A stretch of DNA of 61,692 bases, filler included, from Actinomycetota bacterium (lineage in GTDB: Bacteria; Actinomycetota; Acidimicrobiia; IMCC26256; VFJJ01): the NCBI GenBank assembly GCA_009886115.1. It is 5 parts of 5 records of this genome, joined end to end, with 100 filler letters (N's around TTAATTAATTAA, not from the genome) between each part and the next. Parts side by side here need not be neighbours in the genome. Positions count along the whole stretch, not along the records: positions 9,264 to 30,312 come from VFJJ01000031.1; 4 more parts are not named here. The stretch is one strand, 5' to 3'. The notes under the pieces were generated by a model. It worked only from the letters and a program-made list of their open reading frames with translations, searched no databases and had not been told where the DNA came from. This document shows, piece after piece, positions 9,495 through 18,933 of this stretch. The translations under genes and the position numbers were made by a program. Numbering within the stretch: position 1 is the stretch's first letter; each line of letters starts with the position of its first letter.

Positions 9495-10676
9495 TCAACC
9501 GGCGACGACCTTGACAAGTTCCTGCAGCGACGCCAACGAGTGACCTTCGATGAACTCGTCGACGAACGGCAGCGCGGCCGCCATGCCGCTCGCCAGCGGC
9601 GCGTACCCGGGCGTGGCCTTCAGCGGATTGACCCAGACGACCCGGTGCGCGAGACGCTGGAGCCGGTGCATCTCGTGCGCCAGCACGGCCGGATCGCCGC
9701 GGTCCCATCCGTCGGAGAGCACCACGATCACCGAGCCCCGAGCCATGCCGCGCTGGCCCCAGACGTCGTTGAACTCCTTGATGTTCGAGCCCAGGCGCGT
9801 GCCACCCGACCAGTCGACCACGGCCCGGGACGCGGCGGCGAGCGCGGCGTCGGGATCGCGCGAGCGCAGCTCTCGGGTGATGCGGGTGAGCCGCGTGCCG
9901 ATCGTGAACGCCTCCACCCGACCGTGGCCGACGACCGCGGCGTGCAGGAAACGCAGCAGGGCCCGGGCGTAGGCCTCCATCGAGCCGCTCACGTCACACA
10001 GCAGCACGACCCGCCGGGGACGCTCGCCGCGTCCGGTGAAGCGCAGGCGGCTCACCTCTCCCCCACTGCGCATCGCGCCCCGCAGGGTGCGCCCCATGTG
10101 GAGACGACCCTTGCGCGCCGGCACGGCTCGGCGCGACCGGCGCAGCGCCCCGGCCAGGCGGAGGTCGGCCATGAGCCGGCGCGCCTCTTCGAACTCCTCG
10201 GTCGTGTACGCCGAGAAGTCCTTGTCGCGCAAGGTCTCGACGGCCGAGAAGCGCACGACGACGGTGTTGTCGGGCGCCGGCGCGGTCTCGCCGTCGGACG
10301 AGTCGTCACCGCTGTCGAAGGCCAGGGTGATCTCGATGGGCTTGGCCGTCTGCACCGGTGTGAGAGCTCCGAGCGGGACGGGGACACCGAAACAGGCGGC
10401 GAAGGTCGCGTCGTAGCGGGCGAAATCGTCGGGCGCGTTGCAGAACACGACACGGCCGGCCCAGTACACGTCGGCCATCGAGCGGGGCCCGAGCACCTCG
10501 AGCGCCTCGACGAAGCGGTGCACCCGCGTGGCGTCGGCATCGACACCGGCCGTCCGCAAGAGGCGTCCGAAGCGCACGGCCGCCCGGGCCGGGTCGAAGT
10601 CGAGCTCCGCGAGAGGCGCCGTGACGTTCAGGGTGTCATCCCGCTCGGGCCACGGCCTCGCGGACGAGCGCGTCAA
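9495..10676 (-). CDS. coxE: CoxE-like VWA domain protein (start uncertain)
   Basis: LLCDVSGSM MIDAS, WSGGTRLG, LSDGWDRGD and WVNP motifs; follows a MoxR ATPase. Confidence 0.88.
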   Translation of the reverse strand: MTRSSARPWPERDDTLNVTAPLAELDFDPARAAVRFGRLLRTAGVDADATRVHRFVEALEVLGPRSMADVYWAGRVVFCNAPDDFARYDATFAACFGVPVPLGALTPVQTAKPIEITLAFDSGDDSSDGETAPAPDNTVVVRFSAVETLRDKDFSAYTTEEFEEARRLMADLRLAGALRRSRRAVPARKGRLHMGRTLRGAMRSGGEVSRLRFTGRGERPRRVVLLCDVSGSMEAYARALLRFLHAAVVGHGRVEAFTIGTRLTRITRELRSRDPDAALAAASRAVVDWSGGTRLGSNIKEFNDVWGQRGMARGSVIVVLSDGWDRGDPAVLAHEMHRLQRLAHRVVWVNPLKATPGYAPLASGMAAALPFVDEFIEGHSLASLQELVKVVAG

Positions 10677-11589
10677 GACCTTGGGCCCGCACGCGGTCGT
10701 GGTCTTCCCGGTACTTGAGCACCGAGCCCAGGGTGGCGTCGAGGCGGCGCACGTCGAGCTCGACGGCGCCGAGCGTCGCCAGGGCCTCGGCCCAGTCGAG
10801 GGTCTCGGCCACGCCGGGAGGCTTGTACAGCTCGAGGTCGCGCAGCGCCTGGACGAGTGCGGTGACCTGCCGGGCCAGCCGCTCGTTCACGTCGGGCAGG
10901 CGGAGCTTGACGATCTCGACCTCGCGCTCGAACTCGGGGTGCTCGATCCAGTGGTACAGGCACCGACGCTTGAGCGCATCGTGCACCTCGCGGGTGCGGT
11001 TCGACGTGATGATCACCACCGGGGGCTCGGCGGCCTTGAACGTGCCCAGCTCGGGGATCGTCACCGAGTAGTCGGCCAGCACCTCGAGGAGGAAGGCCTC
11101 GAACTCGTCGTCGGACCGGTCGACCTCGTCGACCAGCAACACCTGGCGCCGGTCGCCCACGGAGCCGGTGATGGCCTGGAGCAGCGGCCGCCGCACGAGG
11201 AAGTCCTCGGAGTACACGTCGGCTTCGGCGTGGCTCACATCGCCCATGGCCTCCAACGCCCGGATGTGCAGGAGCTGGCGGGCGTACGACCATTCGTAGA
11301 CGGCCTGCGCGACGTCGATCCCCTCGTAGCACTGGAGGCGGATGAGCTCGGTGCCGTACAGGTCGGCCAGGGTCTTGGCCACCTCGGTCTTGCCCACGCC
11401 GGCCTCCCCCTCGAGAAGGAGCGGGCGGGCCAGACGCAGGCTGAGGAACATGGCCGTGGCCAGCCCGTCGTCGGCGAGGTACTGGTGGGCTCGCAACACC
11501 GCGGCGAGCGACGCCACATCGGTGACACCCTCGGGAAGGATGCCGCGATGGCGACCTTGGGTCCGGGCCGGGGCCGGGGCAGGCTTCAT
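10636..11589 (-). CDS. coxD: CoxD-like MoxR AAA+ ATPase
   Basis: LEGEAGVGKTE Walker A, RLQCYEG, LLVDEVDR and TSNRTRE..DALKRRC. Confidence 0.92.
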   Translation of the reverse strand: MKPAPAPARTQGRHRGILPEGVTDVASLAAVLRAHQYLADDGLATAMFLSLRLARPLLLEGEAGVGKTEVAKTLADLYGTELIRLQCYEGIDVAQAVYEWSYARQLLHIRALEAMGDVSHAEADVYSEDFLVRRPLLQAITGSVGDRRQVLLVDEVDRSDDEFEAFLLEVLADYSVTIPELGTFKAAEPPVVIITSNRTREVHDALKRRCLYHWIEHPEFEREVEIVKLRLPDVNERLARQVTALVQALRDLELYKPPGVAETLDWAEALATLGAVELDVRRLDATLGSVLKYREDHDRVRAQGLDALVREAVARAG

Positions 11590-11624
11590 GGGAACTGAAC
11601 GTACCGCGCTACCGTGCCACGCTC

Positions 11625-11858
11625 GTGATCGATCATGGCGCCCCCAGGCTCGTCAATACCGCCCCCGACATCGCCGCAGCGCTGGGCGCTGGGCGCGCTG
11701 GGGCGACACCCGTCGGCGTGCTCACGGGCAGTCACAGCGAGGCGGAGCTGCGAGCTGGCGGGGCGACCGTCGTGCTGGCCGACCTGACGCAGTTCCCGGC
11801 CTGGCTCGTGTCGTCTCACCCGGGGACGGTCCACCGGCGTCGGGGATCGAGGATCTGA
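11625..11858 (+). pseudogene. C-terminal remnant of a HAD (Gph-like) hydrolase
   Basis: PDIAAA...GATPVGVLTGSHSEAELRAGGATVVLADLTQFPAWL resembles a HAD C-terminus; no DxD motif I. Confidence 0.6.
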
Positions 11859-11875
11859 CGGGGCCGACGCGGCGC

Positions 11876-13510
11876 TCAGGCGCTGAACACGAAGCCTTCG
11901 TAGCCGGCGTTCTTGATCGCTTCGCAGCGCTCCCGGTACAACGGCTGCCCGCCGGCATAGGGCGTCACGACCCGCGGCTTCCCAGGGATGTTGGCGCCGA
12001 CATACCACGAGTTGGCCCGGCCCATGAGCGAGTCTTTCGAGACCTCGGCGACGTGCTCGACCCAGGCATCCTGGGCAGCTTCGACGGCTTCCACACGAGC
12101 CATCCCGTGCTCGCGCATGTGGTCGATCAGCTCGCCGATCCAGTCGACGTGCTGCTCGATCGCCACCGGCATGTTGAGCAGCACCGACGGGCTGCCGGGC
12201 CCGGTGATCGTGAAGAGGTTGGGAAAGCCAGCCACCTGGAGCCCCAGTAGCGTCCGCGGCCCGTCCTTCCAGGCGTCGGCCAGACGCAGCCCACCCACGC
12301 CACGGATGTCGATGTTCAACAGGGCACCCGTCATGGCGTCGAAGCCGGTGGCCAACACGAGCACGTCGAGGTCGAACACCTCGTCGTCGGTCCGCAGCCC
12401 GGTCGGCGTGATCTCCTCGATGGGATGGCTGCGCACGTCGACCAGACGGACGTTGTCGCGATTGAACGTGACGTAGTAATCGGTGTCGATGGGGGGACGC
12501 TTCGATCCGTACGGATGGTCGTTCGGGCACAGCAGCTCGGCTGTCTCGGGATCGTTCACCGTGGCGCGGATCTTCTGTCGGATGTACTCCGACACGAACT
12601 CGTTGGCGGCGGGATCTCTCAACAGGTCGCTGAAGCCGCCCCACAGGAACTTGAACCCTCCTTCTTCCCAGAGGGCGTCGAGCACCTGCAGGCGCTCCTC
12701 GACCGGGACGTCCATCGTCTGGCGGTCAATCGACAAGTAGGGAAAACCTCCAGCGGTCTGTCGGGTCAGCTCGAAGATCGCCGAGTAGTTGCCCTTGATC
12801 GCGGCCTGGTCCTCGGCCAGGAACGCCTGATGGCGTGCCGGGATGGTGAAGTTGGGCGTGCGCTGGAAGACGCTGAGGTGTGCGGCGTCGGCAGCCAGCC
12901 GCGGCGTGGCCTGGATGCCGCTCGAACCGGTCCCGATGAGACCGACCCGCTTCCCCATGACGTCGACACCTTCCCGGGGCCACTTCGCGGTGAGGTACAC
13001 CTCGCCCGCGAAGCTGTCGAGCCCGGCGATGTCGGGCACGTTCGCCGCCGAGAGACATCCGACAGCCGTCACGAGATACTGCGCCACGACCCTCTCGCCA
13101 GCTTCGAGCTCGACCTCCCACCGGCCCGACGACTCGTCGAACCGGGCTGCGCTCACCCGGGTGCCGAGTTGGATGTCGCGGTGCAGATCGAACCGGTCGG
13201 CGACGTGGTTGAGGTACCGCTCGATCTCGGGCTGCTCGGGGTACTTCCCCGTCCACTCCCATTCCTGCGCCAACTCGTCGGAGAACGAGTAGCAGTAATA
13301 GAAGCTCTCGGAGTCGCACCGGGCCCCCGGGTACCGGTTCCAGAACCAGGTCCCGCCCACGCCGTCGCCAGCCTCGAAGACCTGTACCGACAGCCCCATG
13401 ACGTTGCGCAGCTTGTGCAGCGCGCACAGCCCGGCGAATCCGGCGCCGACCACGACGACATCGACCTGGCGGGGGCCGCTCCCGGGATGATCGCTCCGTA
13501 GGCCCGCCAT
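11876..13510 (-). CDS. Type I Baeyer-Villiger monooxygenase (CHMO/PAMO-like)
   Basis: Two GxGxxG motifs, GGTWFWNRYPGARCD, FAGEVYLTAKWP fingerprint, KR catalytic Arg and ATGFD. Confidence 0.93.
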   Translation of the reverse strand: MAGLRSDHPGSGPRQVDVVVVGAGFAGLCALHKLRNVMGLSVQVFEAGDGVGGTWFWNRYPGARCDSESFYYCYSFSDELAQEWEWTGKYPEQPEIERYLNHVADRFDLHRDIQLGTRVSAARFDESSGRWEVELEAGERVVAQYLVTAVGCLSAANVPDIAGLDSFAGEVYLTAKWPREGVDVMGKRVGLIGTGSSGIQATPRLAADAAHLSVFQRTPNFTIPARHQAFLAEDQAAIKGNYSAIFELTRQTAGGFPYLSIDRQTMDVPVEERLQVLDALWEEGGFKFLWGGFSDLLRDPAANEFVSEYIRQKIRATVNDPETAELLCPNDHPYGSKRPPIDTDYYVTFNRDNVRLVDVRSHPIEEITPTGLRTDDEVFDLDVLVLATGFDAMTGALLNIDIRGVGGLRLADAWKDGPRTLLGLQVAGFPNLFTITGPGSPSVLLNMPVAIEQHVDWIGELIDHMREHGMARVEAVEAAQDAWVEHVAEVSKDSLMGRANSWYVGANIPGKPRVVTPYAGGQPLYRERCEAIKNAGYEGFVFSA

Positions 13511-13589
13511 CGATGTCTCCTTCCGAGAACTCGTCCACTCTCCCAGTTCGACCCGAGGCGGGCAACAGCCCGACCGGACCCGTGGTGCG

Positions 13590-15737
13590 TCAGTAGGCCA
13601 GCAGCTCGAGGAGGGCCTCCTCGACGGCGGCCTGGTCGGGGAGCAGCACGCTCTCGAGCGAGTGGGCGAAGGGCATGGCGGGAACATCGGGGACGGTGAG
13701 ACGGCGCACCGGCGCGTCGAGATCGCCGAAGCACGCTTCGCCGGCCCAGGCCGCGACCTCGGCCGCGACGCCGAACGAGAACACGTCCTCGGTGACGACG
13801 AGGCAGCGCGACGTACGCGAGACCGACTCCTGGATGGCTTCCCGGTCGAGGGGTGAGATCGTGCGGAGATCGATCACCTCCACGTCGGCTTCGCCTTGGG
13901 CGGCAAGGGCATCTGCGGCCGCGACCGCGACGTGCCTGAGATAGCCGTAGGTGATAACCGTGGCGTCACGGCCCGGTCGCGCCACCACGGCCCGACCGAT
14001 GGGCACTCGATGCTCGGGTCCCGGCCAGGGGCCCGTGATCGCCCGGTAGGTCTTCTTGTGCTCGAGCACGATCACCGGGTCGGGGTCGTCGACGGCCGAT
14101 CGCAACAGCCCGGCCACGTCGGCCGGCGTCGATCCCATCACGACCTTCAAGCCGGGGACGTGCGCGTAGAACGCCTCGACCGACTGGCTGTGATGCTGGC
14201 CGCCGTGCACCCCCGCCCCGCATGGCGCTCGCAGCACCATCGGGACGGCCTGAGCCCCGTTCGACCGGTAGTGGATGCGGGCCGCTTCCGACGCGAGCTG
14301 GTCGAACGCGGGATGGGTGTAATCGGCGAACTGGATCTCGGCGATCGGGCGGAGCCCGGCCACGGCCAAGCCGATGGCCGCCGCCACGATGGCCGACTCG
14401 GCGATCGGCGCGTCGAAGACCCGATCGGGATGCAGCACACGAAGGCCCTCGGCCGCAAGGAACACGCCCCCGCGAGCCCCCACGTCCTGGCCGAAGACCA
14501 CGACCCGCGGGTCGTTCTCGAGCAGCCCGGCGAGCGTGCGCCGTACGGCTTCGACGACGGTGACCTCGTCGGCACCATCGTCGTACCATTCGAGCGGCGC
14601 TGCGGGGCGAGGACGCTCGGCGGGTCGGGGGAGCAACCCGGCGGGCCCTCGCGGAGGCACCCCGTCTGAGCTGGCGATCACGTGTGATCCCAAGGGATTC
14701 CGGTAGACGTACGTCGCAGCTTCGGCCGGCGCCGGATCGGGCGAGCCCTCTGCCGTCGCCGAAGCGATGGCGACCTCGCTGGCAACGGCAGCTTCGACCG
14801 CCGCGATGGCGTCCTCGCTGGCGAGACCGCGAGCCAACAGGTACCGACGGGTCCGCACGAGCGGATCGACGGCCCGCCAGGCCTCGACCTCCTCACGGGA
14901 GCGATAGCGCTTGTCGTCGTCGTCGCTCGTGTGGGGCTTGAGGCGATAGGTGAAGGCCTCCACGATCGACGGACCGTCGCCGGCGCGAGCCCGGGCCACG
15001 GCGTTGCGCACCGCAGCGAGCACGGCGAACACGTCGTTGCCGTCGACCGACTCGCCGGGAATGCCGTAGCCGTCGGCCCGCCGGGCCACGTCGACCGGGG
15101 TCTCGAGCGGGGCAGGCACCGAGATCGCGTAGCCGTTGTTCTGGCAGAAGAACACGATCGGGAGGGTGCTGCACGCCGCCCAGTTCACCGCCTCGTGGAA
15201 GTCGCCCTCGGCCGTGGCGCCCTCGCCGAAGCTCGCCAACGCCACGGCGTCGGTGCCCAGGATCTCCTCGGCCATCGCCAGGCCCACCGCATGGGGGATC
15301 TGCGTCGCGATGCACGATGACGAGCTGAGCACCCGCCGTTCGCCGTCGTGCCAGTGCCCGGGCATGTGACGACCGCCGGCATGGGGATCGTCGGCCTTGG
15401 CCAGCACGTGCAGCAGCAGGCCGAGCGTCGGGGCCCCGAGGCCGACCATCAGCGGGAGATCGCGGTAGTAGTGGCACACCCAGTCGTGGCCCACCCGCAG
15501 CGCTGCTGCCGCGCCCACCTGCGCCGCTTCGTGGCCCTCGCTGGGGACGGCGAACGCCACCTTGCCCTGTCGGTTCCACGCCCAGGTCCGTTCGTCGATC
15601 CGTCGGGCGAGAAGCATCTTCCGATAGAGCTCGACACAGGCGTCGGCGTCGAGCCCAAGTGCCGTATGGCGATCGGCCGGGTGAGGCCCGTCGAGGTCGC
15701 TCAAGGTGGGGAAGTAGTTCCAGCCGGGTTCACCCAT
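13590..15737 (-). CDS. Fused E1 alpha/beta 2-oxoacid dehydrogenase (branched-chain-like)
   Basis: GEGA...NN ThDP motif, RLKPHTSDDD loop, then beta-subunit motifs (GQDVG, PIAESAIV, EIQFADY, HSQS, DLRTISPLD) in one ORF. Confidence 0.9.
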   Translation of the reverse strand: MGEPGWNYFPTLSDLDGPHPADRHTALGLDADACVELYRKMLLARRIDERTWAWNRQGKVAFAVPSEGHEAAQVGAAAALRVGHDWVCHYYRDLPLMVGLGAPTLGLLLHVLAKADDPHAGGRHMPGHWHDGERRVLSSSSCIATQIPHAVGLAMAEEILGTDAVALASFGEGATAEGDFHEAVNWAACSTLPIVFFCQNNGYAISVPAPLETPVDVARRADGYGIPGESVDGNDVFAVLAAVRNAVARARAGDGPSIVEAFTYRLKPHTSDDDDKRYRSREEVEAWRAVDPLVRTRRYLLARGLASEDAIAAVEAAVASEVAIASATAEGSPDPAPAEAATYVYRNPLGSHVIASSDGVPPRGPAGLLPRPAERPRPAAPLEWYDDGADEVTVVEAVRRTLAGLLENDPRVVVFGQDVGARGGVFLAAEGLRVLHPDRVFDAPIAESAIVAAAIGLAVAGLRPIAEIQFADYTHPAFDQLASEAARIHYRSNGAQAVPMVLRAPCGAGVHGGQHHSQSVEAFYAHVPGLKVVMGSTPADVAGLLRSAVDDPDPVIVLEHKKTYRAITGPWPGPEHRVPIGRAVVARPGRDATVITYGYLRHVAVAAADALAAQGEADVEVIDLRTISPLDREAIQESVSRTSRCLVVTEDVFSFGVAAEVAAWAGEACFGDLDAPVRRLTVPDVPAMPFAHSLESVLLPDQAAVEEALLELLAY

Positions 15738-15865
15738 GACGATCGACGCTACCGGCACCTGGCGGCAGCCGGGCGATGGCGTGGAGGACGCGCCCCCAGC
15801 ACTGGCCAGGGCCCCAGACAGCAGGGGGTAACGTCACGGTCCTTCCCCGACCCTCAGGAGGGCTC

Positions 15866-16447
15866 ATGGCCCGCACCCCCGCACTTGTCGCGCTCACGTC
15901 ACTGGTCACCGGTGTGCTCGGCCTCGCCGCATGCGGCGACGACGGAGGCGGATCGGCCGCCGAGTTCTGCAGCCTCGAGGCTGACTTCGACACCCTCGGC
16001 ACGTCGTTCGACCGCATCGACGCAGGTTTTGAGGGCCTCGGAGCTGGCGACGCCACCGCAGCCAAGGCGGCATTCGCTGCGCTGTACGACGCCCTCGACG
16101 ATGCTGACACGCTGATCGACGACGCCAAGGACAAGGCTCCCGACGAGATCGCCGACGACTTCGGGGTCATCGCCGATTCATTCGGCGATGTCGTCGCCGC
16201 CCTTCCCGACCAGGCCGACGTCGACGCCGCCATCGATGCCAACGACCTGGGGACCCTCCAGCGGCTGTTCGACGACTTCGGCACCTCCGTGAGCGAGCTC
16301 GGCAGCTCAGCCGAGATCGGGCTGGCCAGCGCCGAGCTCTCCACGTTCACCTCGGCCAACTGCGATCCCGAGCCCCCCGCCGCCGATCCGAGCTCGACGG
16401 CCAGCACCGTCGCTGCCGCCGCGCCAGGCGACGACTCCGCAGGCTGA
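15866..16447 (+). CDS. Putative lipoprotein, acidic and helical, function unknown
   Basis: AGGAGG SD; signal peptide with lipobox LAAC|GDD. Confidence 0.8.
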   Translation: MARTPALVALTSLVTGVLGLAACGDDGGGSAAEFCSLEADFDTLGTSFDRIDAGFEGLGAGDATAAKAAFAALYDALDDADTLIDDAKDKAPDEIADDFGVIADSFGDVVAALPDQADVDAAIDANDLGTLQRLFDDFGTSVSELGSSAEIGLASAELSTFTSANCDPEPPAADPSSTASTVAAAAPGDDSAG

Positions 16448-16475
16448 GCCGACCCCCTTCGCCCGGTAGCCCAAG

Positions 16476-16510
16476 CCGATCGCGCCGAACCGATCGCGCC
16501 GAACCGATCG
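16476..16510. repeat. 14-bp tandem repeat (CCGATCGCGCCGAA x2.5)
   Basis: Directly visible, intergenic. Confidence 0.75.
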
Positions 16511-16540
16511 GCGACGCTGGCCCGGCGCGAGACTGGGCCC

Positions 16541-17308
16541 ATGGATCTCGGAATTTCTGGTCGCCGGGCCGCCGTCGCCGCCGCCTCCGGCGGGCTCGGC
16601 TTCGCCACCGCGGCGGCTCTCGTGGGCGACGGGGTGTCCGTGGCCATCTGCAGCCGTAGCCGTGAACGGGTCGACGCCGCAGCCGCTCGGCTCGCTGCCA
16701 TCAGCGGTAGTGACAGCGGCCGCGTGGTGGGGCTGGTGCACGACGTCGGCCGGCCCGAGGGGGCGGCGGCCTTCGTTGAGGCGGCCATCGAAGCGTTGGG
16801 GGGCATCGACATCCTGGTCACCAACGCTGGTGGCCCCCCGCCCGGGAATTTCGCTTCCACGCCGATCGAGGCCTACCCCGACGCCATCGACCTGAACCTC
16901 ATGTCGGTCGTCGCCATGTGCAAGGCGGCAGTCCCGGCCATGCAGGCCCGGGGCTGGGGCCGGGTGCTGGCCATCACCTCGATCTCGGTGCGACAACCGA
17001 TCGCCAACCTGATCCTGTCGAACACGGCCCGGGCCGGAGCCACGGCCTTCCTCAAGACGCTGGCCCTCGAGGTCGCCCGCGACGGGGTCACCGTGAACTC
17101 GCTGCAGCCGGGGCTCCACGCCACCGATCGCATCGCCAAGCTCTACGGCGACTCGGTTGCCGAGATCGGCGCCGGCGTCCCCGTGGGTCATGTCGGCGAC
17201 CCGGGCGACTTCGGGCGGATCGCCGCCTTCGTGTGCTCCGAGCACGCCAGCTTCCTCACCGGAACCCACATCCCGGTCGACGGCGGGAGCTATCTCGGGC
17301 TGCTGTAG
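16541..17308 (+). CDS. SDR family oxidoreductase
   Basis: AASGGLG, TNAGGPPPG, LSNTARAG and VDGG motifs of this atypical SDR subfamily. Confidence 0.9.
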   Translation: MDLGISGRRAAVAAASGGLGFATAAALVGDGVSVAICSRSRERVDAAAARLAAISGSDSGRVVGLVHDVGRPEGAAAFVEAAIEALGGIDILVTNAGGPPPGNFASTPIEAYPDAIDLNLMSVVAMCKAAVPAMQARGWGRVLAITSISVRQPIANLILSNTARAGATAFLKTLALEVARDGVTVNSLQPGLHATDRIAKLYGDSVAEIGAGVPVGHVGDPGDFGRIAAFVCSEHASFLTGTHIPVDGGSYLGLL

Positions 17309-17333
17309 CCCGCGGCAAGAAGGTGCAATCGGC

Positions 17334-18869
17334 TCAGACGGGCGGCACGCCGTGGTGGCGCTCGAAGACCTCACGGCGCTTGCCGGCCGCAGCCGCGAAC
17401 CGGGCGATGAGCTCGTCGCGGAGATCGTCGGGCTGCACGATGGCGTCGATGACCATCTCCGACGCCAGCCGCTCGAGGTCGACATCGGCTTCGTAGATCT
17501 GCTTCTGCTCGGCCACGAACGCCGCGCGCTCGACGGGGTCGGCCATGGCCTGGATCTTGTTGTAGTACACGGCGTTCACGGCCGGGTCGGGGCCCATCAC
17601 CGCGATCTGAGCGGTGGGCAGGGCCAGGCAGGCGTCGGGGTCGAACCCCGGCCCGCACATGGCGTACAGGCCCGCGCCGTAGGCCTTGCGCACGATCACC
17701 GAGATCTTGGGGACGGTCGCCTCGGTGACGGCGGTGATCATCTTGGCGCCGTGGCGGATGATCCCCACCCGTTCCACCTGGGAGCCGATCATGAAGCCGG
17801 GCACGTCGGCGAGGAACAGCAAGGGCACGTTGAACGCGTCGCAGAGCCAGATGAACCGGGCCGCCTTGTCGGCCGAGTCGCCGAAGAGCACGCCGCCGAG
17901 TTGCTGCGGGTTGTTGGCGATGATGCCGATCGAGCGGCCGGCGAGACGGGCGAAGCCCACGAGCAGCTCCCGGGCGAAGAGCGGCTTGAGCTCGAAGAAG
18001 CTCCCGTCGTCGACGAGCGCCTCGATCACCCGGTGCATGTCGTACGCCTGGGCGTCGCTCTCGGGCAGAACGGTGCTGATCGGCCGGGCGCTCGGGGCTG
18101 TGTCGAGCGGCTCCTCGAAGGGTGCCGGCTCGCGCCAGTTGGTCGGCAGGTACGAGAGGTACGTTCGGGCGGCGTCGATCGCCGAGGCGTCGTCGGGGTA
18201 CAGGTTGTCGCCGCAGCCCGAGACGGTGGCGTGCATCCGGGCTCCACCCATCTCCTCGAGCGACACGATCTCTCCGATGACGACCTCGGCCATCCGGGGG
18301 CTGCCCAGGTACATCGAGGCGTTGCCCTCGACCATGAACACGGCATCGCAGAACGCCGGGATGTACGCCCCTCCGGCCGCCGAGGGCCCGAACAGGCAAC
18401 AGATCTGCGGCACCCGACCCGACAGGCGCACCTCGTTGGCGAAGATGCGTCCCGCTCCTCGGCGACCGGGGAAGAGGTCGACCTGGTCGGTGATCCGGGC
18501 TCCCGCCGAGTCGATGAGCCACACCACCGGCAGCTCGTGGCGCAGCGCGTACTCGGTGAGACGGATGATCTTCTCGACGGTGCGCGCTCCCCACGATCCG
18601 GCCTTCACCGTGGGGTCGTTGGCGACCAGGCACACGGGACGGCCCTCGACCAGGCCGGCCCCGATGACGACCCCGTCGGCCGGGAGGTCGCCCGCCGTGG
18701 TGTTGGCGAGGAGCCCGTCTTCGACGAACGTGTCGGGGTCGAGCAACAGGGCGAGACGCTCGCGGACGAAGAGCTTGCCCTGCGCCGCCAGCTTGGCGCC
18801 CTCCTTGGCCAGATTTCCCTGGAGGGCCCGTTCGCTCAATCTCTGGAAACGTGCCTCCGATTCGCTCAC
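17334..18869 (-). CDS. Acyl-CoA carboxylase beta (carboxyltransferase) subunit
   Basis: DSAGARI, AAGGAY, MGGARMH, DVPGFMIG and RKAYGAG motifs; GTG start 8 nt after TAGTCT. Confidence 0.92.
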   Translation of the reverse strand: MSESEARFQRLSERALQGNLAKEGAKLAAQGKLFVRERLALLLDPDTFVEDGLLANTTAGDLPADGVVIGAGLVEGRPVCLVANDPTVKAGSWGARTVEKIIRLTEYALRHELPVVWLIDSAGARITDQVDLFPGRRGAGRIFANEVRLSGRVPQICCLFGPSAAGGAYIPAFCDAVFMVEGNASMYLGSPRMAEVVIGEIVSLEEMGGARMHATVSGCGDNLYPDDASAIDAARTYLSYLPTNWREPAPFEEPLDTAPSARPISTVLPESDAQAYDMHRVIEALVDDGSFFELKPLFARELLVGFARLAGRSIGIIANNPQQLGGVLFGDSADKAARFIWLCDAFNVPLLFLADVPGFMIGSQVERVGIIRHGAKMITAVTEATVPKISVIVRKAYGAGLYAMCGPGFDPDACLALPTAQIAVMGPDPAVNAVYYNKIQAMADPVERAAFVAEQKQIYEADVDLERLASEMVIDAIVQPDDLRDELIARFAAAAGKRREVFERHHGVPPV

Positions 18870-18933
18870 AGCCTGCGAGACTAGGCCGGTCGTCGACGGG
18901 TCGACGTCATCCCCGAAGGAGGAAAGCGAGCCC

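Noticed and set aside
17686..18933. N-terminal extensions in the ORF track (800-aa, 734-aa and 700-aa versions of the two acyl-CoA dehydrogenases and the OmpA protein)
   Set aside because: The extensions overlap divergent genes on the opposite strand; the true starts are downstream.
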